In this document: one piece after another, positions 27,751 through 34,408 of the stretch
Position numbering within the stretch: the stretch's first letter is position 1
Layout of the letters: every line of letters begins with the position of its first letter
Origin: a virus
Lineage: Duplodnaviria; Caudoviricetes
Direction: 5' to 3' (one strand)
IMG/VR virus record: IMGVR_UViG_3300044724_007274
Location: 1 to 35,043 of that record
Length of the DNA: 35,043 nucleotides
Program-made: the position numbers and the translations under genes
Notes under the pieces: generated by a model
Seen by the model: the letters and a program-made list of their open reading frames with translations, nothing else
Databases searched by the model: none
Told to the model about the DNA's origin: nothing

Positions 27751-28215
27751 TTACTCTCCTGTGCTTCCGAGGGCACCACTGCCCCTATTTGAAATGGTTA
27801 GTGGGTCGTTGTAAAGCTCACCCTCGTGAACCTCGCAAGCTCGCCACTGAACAACAGGAACAAGAACCAATTGAGCAATCTTATCTCCTTCCTGTACCAA
27901 CTTCTTTGTTTTACCCACGTTGTGTAGGTTTACAAAGATTTCTCCGCTGTATCCAGAGTCTACGACACAAGCTCCAACTAGAAGATTCTTTTTAGCAGCC
28001 ATGCCAGAACGGTTTTTTACTTCTAGCATGTATCCGTGTGGAACCTCTACTTTGAGACCCGTTGGCAGAACAACTGAATCACCTGGGTCTAAACGAACAA
28101 AGCTAAAATGACCTTCTTCGCTTGGACAATAAAAAACATCTGCGCCTGCGTCAGATGGGTTAGCCCGTGAGGGCAGTTTTGCGTTAGGGTGTGTTTTAGA
28201 AACTTTTAGTAGCAT
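27751..28215 (-). CDS. dut: Trimeric dUTPase
   Basis: AGAD, RSG, VVDSGYSGE, KIAQL and RGSGALGSTG motifs; start at ATG 28215, after the tRNA. Confidence 0.95.
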   Translation of the reverse strand: MLLKVSKTHPNAKLPSRANPSDAGADVFYCPSEEGHFSFVRLDPGDSVVLPTGLKVEVPHGYMLEVKNRSGMAAKKNLLVGACVVDSGYSGEIFVNLHNVGKTKKLVQEGDKIAQLVLVPVVQWRACEVHEGELYNDPLTISNRGSGALGSTGE

Positions 28216-28233
28216 CTCCCCTCCTATATTAGT

Positions 28234-28309
28234 TGGTGCCGAAAGAGGGACTTGAACCCCCAACCTACCGCTTACAAGGCGGTTGCTCTACCAGTTGAGC
28301 TATTCCGGC
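28234..28309 (-). tRNA. tRNA-Thr(UGU)
   Basis: GCCGGAA...ACCGC-CTTGTAA-GCGGT...GTTCAAGTC...TTTCGGC-A-CCA; 76 nt. Confidence 0.95.
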
Positions 28310-28325
28310 GTTTATTTACTTATGT

Positions 28326-28353
28326 AGTATAACAGGTTTTACGAGTTTGTCAA
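28326..28353 (-). promoter_or_regulatory. Sigma70-type promoter for tRNA-Thr and dut
   Basis: TTGACA-16 nt-TATACT with an extended TG. Confidence 0.75.
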
Positions 28354-28907
28354 CTCTTTTCTTTGGACTCGTTGCTCGCATACTTCACACCCATGATAGT
28401 TCCTATAATACTGAAGGAGTTAGTGAGAAGGATGCCGAATAAGTTTGACCAAGCATTGCCAATTAGAGTTGTGTCAAACTTCGTAATCATCGCAAAGATG
28501 TAGAGGGCAGTGGTTGTCACTCCTACGCCCATAATGACCCACAGAGCGACGGAAACTATCTTGCCTATGAGTTCAAACTGAGTGCGCTTTTGCAGCACGT
28601 CTAAGTCATTCTGTGCTGTTTTCTTTGCTTCCTCTGCAAGACCGAGGGCTTCTTTAAGTTCGTCCATGAGAGTGTCATTTTTTTCTTTTTCCTCAAGGAG
28701 TTCTTTATATTGTCGCTGGACTTGCTTGGTTATCTCCAACCTTTTCTTGCGGTTGTCTGTGTCTTGCTCTTTTGCCTTTTTAAGATAGTCGGCAAAAGCT
28801 TTATCGTCTTCAGCATCTATTATCTTGATAATGTTACCTTCAAGATAAATGTTTCTTTTCTCGGCAACTTCTATAAGTGCCGACTTCATTTCTTGTGAGA
28901 ACTTCAT
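28350..28907 (-). CDS. Coiled-coil protein with two C-terminal transmembrane helices (third gene of the two-component operon)
   Basis: Charged heptad N-terminus, then IVSVALWVIMGVGVTTTALYIFAM and LFGILLTNSFSIIGTIMGV; ATGA-coupled to the receiver gene. Confidence 0.8.
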   Translation of the reverse strand: MKFSQEMKSALIEVAEKRNIYLEGNIIKIIDAEDDKAFADYLKKAKEQDTDNRKKRLEITKQVQRQYKELLEEKEKNDTLMDELKEALGLAEEAKKTAQNDLDVLQKRTQFELIGKIVSVALWVIMGVGVTTTALYIFAMITKFDTTLIGNAWSNLFGILLTNSFSIIGTIMGVKYASNESKEKS

Positions 28908-29335
28908 TTGTAGACCTTGAATGGTGCTTTTCTGTCCTTATAACCTGCGTAATCTCTACGGAACTCTTCAAGGCGTGGTTCGATTTCATCTGACTTTACA
29001 ATCCAAAACTGAGCACCTGCGGAAACTGCTTTTGTTATTTCTGCTTCGTCGGTTGAAGATGAGATGATGCCAATAACAACTCCGTTGCCGTACTCGTAGT
29101 TAATTTTACGAATAAGTTCAATGCCATCGAAAGATGAACCAATAATGTTTAGGTCAACAAAAACACACTCTGGTTTATCTTCTGGGTGACCTTTCCAATC
29201 CTCAAACATCTTTGCTGCTTCGTCTGAGGAAGAGATACTTTGCAAGTCTAGCGTGATGTCCAATAGAGAGCAAGCATCCTCAAAGACGAGATGGAAAAGG
29301 TTTTCGTCATCAACTAATAGAATAGAGTTAATCAT
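28904..29335 (-). CDS. Stand-alone response regulator receiver (CheY-like)
   Basis: LLVDDE, phosphoacceptor FVDLN, ISSS and WIVK; no output domain. Confidence 0.9.
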   Translation of the reverse strand: MINSILLVDDENLFHLVFEDACSLLDITLDLQSISSSDEAAKMFEDWKGHPEDKPECVFVDLNIIGSSFDGIELIRKINYEYGNGVVIGIISSSTDEAEITKAVSAGAQFWIVKSDEIEPRLEEFRRDYAGYKDRKAPFKVYK

Positions 29336-30585
29336 TTTATTTTTATCCTCATCATGGTTCCTGTTTCTTGTTTCTTTGCAGAAACTTCATAACCGTGTTC
29401 TTTCAAAATGGCGGTTGTAATAGATAGTCCTAATCCTGTGCCTTTCTCTTTCTGGTCTTGCTTTCTGAGATAAGGTTTAGAAAGTTCTTCAAAATCTTCT
29501 TGAGACATTCCTCTGCCGTTGTCTATTACAGCAAGGGTCTCATCATCGACCATTTTGATCATAATCATTTTTGTTTTTGAGTCGTTGTACTTCAAGCCAT
29601 TGCGAATCATGTTATCGATGGCTGTACAAAAAAGTGCTTCATTTACTTCCAGAACTGGTAAGTTTCCGTCAATAACAACTTGGTCAGAGTAAGAAGTCAA
29701 ACTCAAGTAGTTTCTCAAAATTTCTTTTGTGTCGTGAGGCTTTCTATTGAGCGAGGCATCTTTGCGAACCAAGTTGGTAAACTCAAAGACACCGCTATAA
29801 ACCTTCTGTGTGTGTGCCAGACCGTCTTTTATTAGTTTTAGAGGCATGGATAGGTTTAGCTGCTTTGCGACGTCTGGCTTCTTTTCTAGCCGTCTTTCTA
29901 AGGACTTGATGCCTCTTGGTAGATAAGTGTTGATGCCTGAGTGCATGTCGTGTCGCAAAATCTTTGCGGCATGTTCCAGATAGTCATTCTTTTTATCTAC
30001 TTGTTGTAATGTTTCTACAAGGTTGGTTACATCTTGTCTAACTGAAAGGAAGCCTGAAAGCTTACCTTGGTCATCAAAGTTCGCCATAATCCATGTCTTT
30101 ACATGGTAAAGGCTACCGTCTTTCGCTCTGTTAGTCACAATGTCATGCCAAATGGACTTGTACTTGACTGTGACGGTATACATGTTTCCCCAATAAGAAC
30201 GGGGTTGTAAGCCTGAGTTTAGGAGTTTGTGGTCTTGTCCTAAAAGTTCCTGTGCTAAATAACCTGAAACCTCGCAGAACTTATCGTTTACTTCTGTGAT
30301 TCTGCCTTGGCGGTCTGTTCGTGAAACAAGGCAAGATTCATCTAAAATTCTTTCTAATGCTTTTTTCTTTACTTTATCTCGCTGATACCTTCCTATTATC
30401 TCCATTAAGATAACACCGAAAGGCATGATAAATAAAGAAATGCAGGCGGTTCCAAAGTGAATCACATGGTGAGTCAAAGGAAGCGCGCCTGCCTCTAACA
30501 TGACTTGCATAACAAAGTAGCAAGACATAATGAAAGTACAAACGAATAATGATATTTTACTTTTTAGTGAAAACTCTGCGAACAT
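29332..30585 (-). CDS. Membrane PAS-domain sensor histidine kinase
   Basis: Two N-terminal TM helices; PAS (TDRQGRITEVNDKFCEVSGY...NRAKDG); H-box LRHDM; N-box NMIRNGLKY; DNGRGM; GTGLGL. Confidence 0.92.
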   Translation of the reverse strand: MFAEFSLKSKISLFVCTFIMSCYFVMQVMLEAGALPLTHHVIHFGTACISLFIMPFGVILMEIIGRYQRDKVKKKALERILDESCLVSRTDRQGRITEVNDKFCEVSGYLAQELLGQDHKLLNSGLQPRSYWGNMYTVTVKYKSIWHDIVTNRAKDGSLYHVKTWIMANFDDQGKLSGFLSVRQDVTNLVETLQQVDKKNDYLEHAAKILRHDMHSGINTYLPRGIKSLERRLEKKPDVAKQLNLSMPLKLIKDGLAHTQKVYSGVFEFTNLVRKDASLNRKPHDTKEILRNYLSLTSYSDQVVIDGNLPVLEVNEALFCTAIDNMIRNGLKYNDSKTKMIMIKMVDDETLAVIDNGRGMSQEDFEELSKPYLRKQDQKEKGTGLGLSITTAILKEHGYEVSAKKQETGTMMRIKIK

Positions 30586-30613
30586 GAAGAACTATTCTCT
30601 TGGAATGCCTTAC

Positions 30614-30624
30614 TAAATAGTTCC
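30614..30624 (-). promoter_or_regulatory. Candidate phage late-promoter motif GGAACTATTTA upstream of the kinase
   Basis: Identical to 25643-25653; lies just after a terminator. Confidence 0.55.
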
Positions 30625-30634
30625 TCATTTTAAG

Positions 30635-30665
30635 AAAAAAGGACTCTGCCCAAAGAACAGAGTCC
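30635..30665 (-). terminator. Rho-independent terminator
   Basis: GGACTCTG-9 nt-CAGAGTCC followed by TTTTTT, downstream of the Hc1 gene. Confidence 0.85.
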
Positions 30666-30701
30666 CGCATCGCTTCGTAGTCTGAGCGACCTTTATACAT
30701 C

Positions 30702-30890
30702 TTAGTTATCGCTGTTGCGAACTTCAAGAACCTGCTTACGAAGGGTCTTTAGCTCATTGACAGCAAACTGCGCGGTCTTACGCACACGAGTTCCAGCAGC
30801 CTTGTTGCCAGAGTCAGTCTTCTCTGCGTCAGCAAGAGCCTGTGTGAGTTGGTCTACAACTGTTTGTAGTGTGGTTGTCACTGTACTCAT
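30702..30890 (-). CDS. Histone H1-like Hc1-family DNA-binding protein
   Basis: DAEK..SGNKAAGTRVRK...LKTLRKQV signature. Confidence 0.8.
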   Translation of the reverse strand: MSTVTTTLQTVVDQLTQALADAEKTDSGNKAAGTRVRKTAQFAVNELKTLRKQVLEVRNSDN

Positions 30891-31213
30891 TTTTTCTCCT
30901 TTTCTAATTTATTAATCAAATAATCCAGATACCATCTGGCTTTCTTCAAGTCGCCAAGGCGAGAACTTTTGTGCCTTGAACGAATAACATACTTGACAAC
31001 ATTACCTTCAATGAAGTCAAGCCCCCAATCAAGAATAGCATCGATAGCTTCGATTTTACCTTGGTTGTAATGGGCTGGGTGGTCAACTAGTTCTGAGTAT
31101 GCTTTTAGTTGACTGCGTTCTGTGTTTGGTGAATATCCACCATTTGGAAGTTGTGTTTCTGTTGGCATTTCAAATGGGTCTACTTTATCAAGTGAATAAA
31201 CTTTTCTAATCAT
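30887..31213 (-). CDS. DUF3310 protein (T7 gp1.7-like nucleotide kinase family)
   Basis: VDHPAHYNQGKIEAID...GNVVKY..R..HK...DLKKARWYL. Confidence 0.85.
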   Translation of the reverse strand: MIRKVYSLDKVDPFEMPTETQLPNGGYSPNTERSQLKAYSELVDHPAHYNQGKIEAIDAILDWGLDFIEGNVVKYVIRSRHKSSRLGDLKKARWYLDYLINKLEKEKK

Positions 31214-31214
31214 C

Positions 31215-31289
31215 TGGTACTCCCGAGGGGAATCGAACCCCTGCCACCGGAGTGAAAATCCGGTATTCTGACCGTTAAACTACGGGAGC
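31215..31289 (-). tRNA. tRNA-Glu(UUC)
   Basis: GCTCCCG...CCGGA-TTTTCAC-TCCGG...GTTCGATTC...CGGGAGT-A-CCA; 75 nt. Confidence 0.95.
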
Positions 31290-31492
31290 GCATTTTCAAG
31301 AAAGTCTAGGACTTCTTGAGCGTGGGCACCTGCTTCGGCAGCTTTTATAATCTCTTCCGTGATGTTTGGGTGCTCACCGACGCCAACCGGAACAGTTGTG
31401 TATAAATTTATTTTTGCTTCGGCGTCAGAGATATCTGCTAATAGCTTCTTCTTTGCTGCTTCTACAAAAAGGTGTCCTACGTTGTCTTTCAT
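31280..31492 (-). CDS. Hypothetical phage protein (70 aa)
   Basis: Contains PVGVGEHPNI; stop codon lies inside tRNA-Glu. Confidence 0.7.
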   Translation of the reverse strand: MKDNVGHLFVEAAKKKLLADISDAEAKINLYTTVPVGVGEHPNITEEIIKAAEAGAHAQEVLDFLENALP

Positions 31493-31498
31493 AATGTT

Positions 31499-31526
31499 AT
31501 TATACCGCTTTTAGGCGTTCAGTTAA
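31499..31526 (-). promoter_or_regulatory. Probable sigma70 promoter giving a leaderless mRNA
   Basis: TTAACT-16 nt-TATAAT-6 nt-ATG (31492); no SD. Confidence 0.55.
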
Positions 31527-31620
31527 GGATTAAGTTATAAATTCCGGGTATCATACGATACAAACATAAGGCAACGAATGTAGTGCCAAGAATACCGTAA
31601 AACAATTCCTTTGTGGTCAT
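31519..31620 (-). CDS. Small membrane peptide (33 aa)
   Basis: Not in the ORF track; MTTKELFYGILGTTFVALCLYRMIPGIYNLILN*. Confidence 0.5.
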   Translation of the reverse strand: MTTKELFYGILGTTFVALCLYRMIPGIYNLILN

Positions 31621-31621
31621 T

Positions 31622-31735
31622 TTATAGTCCATTACCCAAGTAAAGAAAAAGACCAGCGGTAGCGGCGAAGGCTACAACAAAAGCCCAAAAAACACGGGCG
31701 GCTTCTTTCTCAAAGTGTTTATCATCTACAAACAT
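31622..31735 (-). CDS. Small membrane peptide (37 aa)
   Basis: Not in the ORF track; SD AGAGAGGT; MFVDDKHFEKEAARVFWAFVVAFAATAGLFLYLGNGL*. Confidence 0.6.
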   Translation of the reverse strand: MFVDDKHFEKEAARVFWAFVVAFAATAGLFLYLGNGL

Positions 31736-31756
31736 TGTTACCTCTCTTTGTTGTGT

Positions 31757-31833
31757 TGGTACGGGTGGTGAGGCTTGAACTCACTATCTCTGCTTTATAA
31801 GAACAGTGCATTTACCAGTTATGCTACACCCGC
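31757..31833 (-). tRNA. tRNA-Ile(UAU)
   Basis: GCGGGTG...CTGTT-CTTATAA-AGCAG...GTTCAAGCC...CACCCGT-A-CCA; 77 nt. Confidence 0.9.
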
Positions 31834-31834
31834 A

Positions 31835-31911
31835 TGGCGACCCCAGCAGGACTTGAACCTGCAACCCTCGGTTTAGAAGACCGATGCTCTATCCAGTTGA
31901 GCTATGGAGCC
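31835..31911 (-). tRNA. tRNA-Arg(UCU)
   Basis: GGCTCCA...TCGGT-CTTCTAA-ACCGA...GTTCAAGTC...TGGGGTC-G-CCA; 77 nt. Confidence 0.95.
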
Positions 31912-31916
31912 GTATC

Positions 31917-32141
31917 TTAAATTTCGTCGGCGTCGTATTCTTCTCTTTTCTTCAGTGAAATAATAAGTACCCGAAGACCGTTCCAGCGTCTTGGAAGTTT
32001 CCCCCTCAAATACTGTGCGTGGGCTTCGGGTACAAGAATGTCTAAGGACTTGCCATGGTCATCTTGAGCAAATGTGTATTCATAATCATCGCTCAAAAGA
32101 AACTCTTCTTTGAAGTCTTTGATGGCTTGTTTCTTTTTCAT
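31917..32141 (-). CDS. Hypothetical protein (74 aa), probably leaderless
   Basis: Start moved to ATG 32141 (MKKKQAIKDF...), 6 nt after TATAAT. Confidence 0.7.
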   Translation of the reverse strand: MKKKQAIKDFKEEFLLSDDYEYTFAQDDHGKSLDILVPEAHAQYLRGKLPRRWNGLRVLIISLKKREEYDADEI

Positions 32142-32147
32142 GCCCTC

Positions 32148-32176
32148 ATTATACTGCGTTTTAGAGCTTGTGTCAA
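32148..32176 (-). promoter_or_regulatory. Perfect-consensus sigma70 promoter
   Basis: TTGACA-17 nt-TATAAT. Confidence 0.9.
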
Positions 32177-32715
32177 GTGTTTTTGTGCATGTGATGTGTA
32201 TGTTCTTTACAGCGTGGTTCGTAGTCGCCTTTACCACCCACAGATACTTCATCTTTTACATCAGTTAGTCGAATGGAATAATAAGCGTCTTCGCCACAAA
32301 AACAAACTGCTGGACATACTTCTATTTTTGTAGCATAGGGAAATATCTTTGTCATTTCTTCAAAGGGTTCTCCCACCGAAGAAAGCTGAAGAGAAGAGAC
32401 ATAAACTGTTTTGCCATCTTTGTACAGGTTGATAAGAATGTCGGCTACGTTTGGAATCATAAACGCTTCATCAACTGCTATTACATCTGCTCTACCGAGG
32501 TGGTCTAGAATGTCTTCTCCAAGCTCAATGTTTGTAGAAGTCCAACGGTTACCATTGTGAGAAATAACAGACTCAGTTGAATAGCGTGTATCCATTTTTG
32601 GTTTGAACAGCTTGATAACTTTTTTTTGATACTTGGCTCGCTCTAAGCGCGAGAGCATTCGCGAAGTTTTGCCGCCAAACATAGGACCAGTAAAAATAAC
32701 AAATTCTTGTTTCAC
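32173..32715 (-). CDS. tdk: Thymidine kinase (type II)
   Basis: GPMFGGKTS, DTRY, VDEA, C.CG and VGG...YEPRC motifs. Confidence 0.93.
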   Translation of the reverse strand: MKQEFVIFTGPMFGGKTSRMLSRLERAKYQKKVIKLFKPKMDTRYSTESVISHNGNRWTSTNIELGEDILDHLGRADVIAVDEAFMIPNVADILINLYKDGKTVYVSSLQLSSVGEPFEEMTKIFPYATKIEVCPAVCFCGEDAYYSIRLTDVKDEVSVGGKGDYEPRCKEHTHHMHKNT

Positions 32716-32915
32716 TTTCCAACCTTTGAAATAAAGCCTTCCTTCGATAGAATGTCGGTGCGAACAACCATAATAACACCGTGTTTAGTGTTGCGAATGT
32801 GGAGAAAACAATTTTCTTTTTTCTCGACAACTCCATAGAGTACCCATTCACCATTTTTGTGCTCGTAAAGATGCTCGCCCACTTCGTAATCACAGAGTCT
32901 AAAAATACCTTTCAC
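32712..32915 (-). CDS. Hypothetical protein (67 aa)
   Basis: GAGGTG SD, GTG start, GTGA-coupled to tdk. Confidence 0.6.
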   Translation of the reverse strand: MKGIFRLCDYEVGEHLYEHKNGEWVLYGVVEKKENCFLHIRNTKHGVIMVVRTDILSKEGFISKVGK

Positions 32916-32923
32916 TTTTCACC

Positions 32924-33436
32924 TCAAAAAATGTAGTCTAACCAAGTTTTTGGAATGTTTCTGCCAAACTTTTTACTATTCTCAACAACCAACTCAACTG
33001 GCGTGTCTGGCTTACGCCGAAGTTTCATGCCTGCTTGTTTCAAGGACTTGTTGCCTTTTTTCTGATTGCAGCGCCTACAACAAGCCACTATGTTGCTCCA
33101 AACCTTCTTACCGCCCTGTGAGGACGGAATAATGTGGTCTAGGGTGAAGTTAGCCTTTGTCATTTCAATGCCGCAGTATTGACACTGCCCTTCATCACGA
33201 ATAAAAACATTTTCTCGGCTGAACTTTACAACTCGGTTGAAGCGAAACTTCTTTATGACATTGCCCACAAAACGAACAATGGATGGGACCGGAATAGCCT
33301 CATCCACTGTTTTTATTTTTTTGTCCTCGTAGACTTCTACGATTTCAACACGTCCTGCGAACCACATAGAGATGGCTTTTTGCCAAGAGACTTGAGCCAT
33401 CGGCTGGTATGCTGATGATAGAACAAGGGTGTCCAT
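32924..33436 (-). CDS. HNH endonuclease (McrA-like)
   Basis: RDEGQCQYCG...TLDHIIP..QGG...WSNIVACCRRCNQKKG. Confidence 0.92.
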   Translation of the reverse strand: MDTLVLSSAYQPMAQVSWQKAISMWFAGRVEIVEVYEDKKIKTVDEAIPVPSIVRFVGNVIKKFRFNRVVKFSRENVFIRDEGQCQYCGIEMTKANFTLDHIIPSSQGGKKVWSNIVACCRRCNQKKGNKSLKQAGMKLRRKPDTPVELVVENSKKFGRNIPKTWLDYIF

Positions 33437-33443
33437 ACTATAA

Positions 33444-34094
33444 CTATACTATTTCATCGACTAAGCCCCACTTTACGCACTTCGCAGAGTCGAGCCATAG
33501 GTCGTGTTTCAAAATCTCGTCCAGTTCCTTTTTTGGAATGGAACAATGTTCCTTGTAAATGTCCTTGATGCGGGACATTAGCATGTCCAAGTTTTCCATT
33601 TCATCCTTGAACTCTTCGTACTTGCCCCACATAACTGATGACAGTTGGTGGATAAGCATGAAAGAGTTTTGGTGAATGAAGCGCTTGTCTGCAACTACTG
33701 AAATAAGTGTAGCAGCGGAAGCGGCAGAACCGTCAATATAGGTGTGAACGGGCGTGCCGAGAGACTTAATCGTATCAACCGTTGAGAAGCCAGCAAAAAT
33801 GCTTCCTCCATAAGAGTTGATGTAGAGTTTGATAGGTACTTGGACTCCATACTTCACCTTTACTACTTGTAGGTCTTTATCCATTGTGCGGAGGGCTTTG
33901 TTGAGCAACTTTGCGTTGTCACCATTTACCTCTCCGTAAAACATAATGCAGTTGTCGTGAGAATCAACTGCGATGCCGGGGGGAGGACCAGAGGGTCCGT
34001 CATTTACAATAAAAATTTGAGGCTGTTTCTCCTCTGCTTCCTCTTGCTCTTTCTTTTTTTGGGTCTTACTATCTGCCCAATAATAATGTGTCAT
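33444..34094 (-). CDS. clpP: ClpP-like serine protease
   Basis: LYINSYGG, AASAA (catalytic Ser), FMLIHQ (His) and DLWL...GLVDEI. Confidence 0.88.
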   Translation of the reverse strand: MTHYYWADSKTQKKKEQEEAEEKQPQIFIVNDGPSGPPPGIAVDSHDNCIMFYGEVNGDNAKLLNKALRTMDKDLQVVKVKYGVQVPIKLYINSYGGSIFAGFSTVDTIKSLGTPVHTYIDGSAASAATLISVVADKRFIHQNSFMLIHQLSSVMWGKYEEFKDEMENLDMLMSRIKDIYKEHCSIPKKELDEILKHDLWLDSAKCVKWGLVDEIV

Positions 34095-34126
34095 TCAGTT
34101 GTTTCCTTGCTTTGAGTTAGCTTGTT

Positions 34127-34197
34127 GAGACACCTTTTACCCCGTGCCTCCCTGTGGGTTAGCCCAGACCTAATGGAAATCACCCCCTTGGCGGTCT
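34127..34197 (-). other. Putative structured RNA element in the clpP leader
   Basis: Three adjacent stems: AGACC/GGTCT, TGGG-CTAA-CCCA and GAGGCAC/GTGTCTC. Confidence 0.4.
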
Positions 34198-34204
34198 TGA
34201 TGGA

Positions 34205-34408
34205 CTAAGAAATTGCTTTTGAGGGGTCGATGTCGCAGTCATCAGAGATACTGCATATATACCAGTTTACACCAGTGCTGCCCATTAGTTCATGGCATTT
34301 TTGATAAGACCAAGAAGCACATTCGGCAAATGTCTTATCTTGTAATACAAAAATTTTTTTCTCTTCTCGTTTGAGTGTCGAAACAACAATGGTGTACTTT
34401 TTTTTCAT
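34205..34408 (-). CDS. Hypothetical protein (67 aa)
   Basis: ATG at 34408 with TAATG coupling; MKKKYTIVVSTL... Confidence 0.65.
   Translation of the reverse strand: MKKKYTIVVSTLKREEKKIFVLQDKTFAECASWSYQKCHELMGSTGVNWYICSISDDCDIDPSKAIS

Noticed and set aside
28216-28263. N-terminal extension of dUTPase given in the ORF track
   Set aside because: It overlaps tRNA-Thr; the ATG at 28215 gives a normal-length dUTPase.
855-33415. Many plus-strand ORFs and short alternative-frame minus-strand ORFs in the track
   Set aside because: They are shadows of well-supported minus-strand genes and show no recognisable motifs.
32924-33436. HNH gene as a homing endonuclease or intron marker
   Set aside because: The flanking genes are intact and no intron-like sequence is visible.
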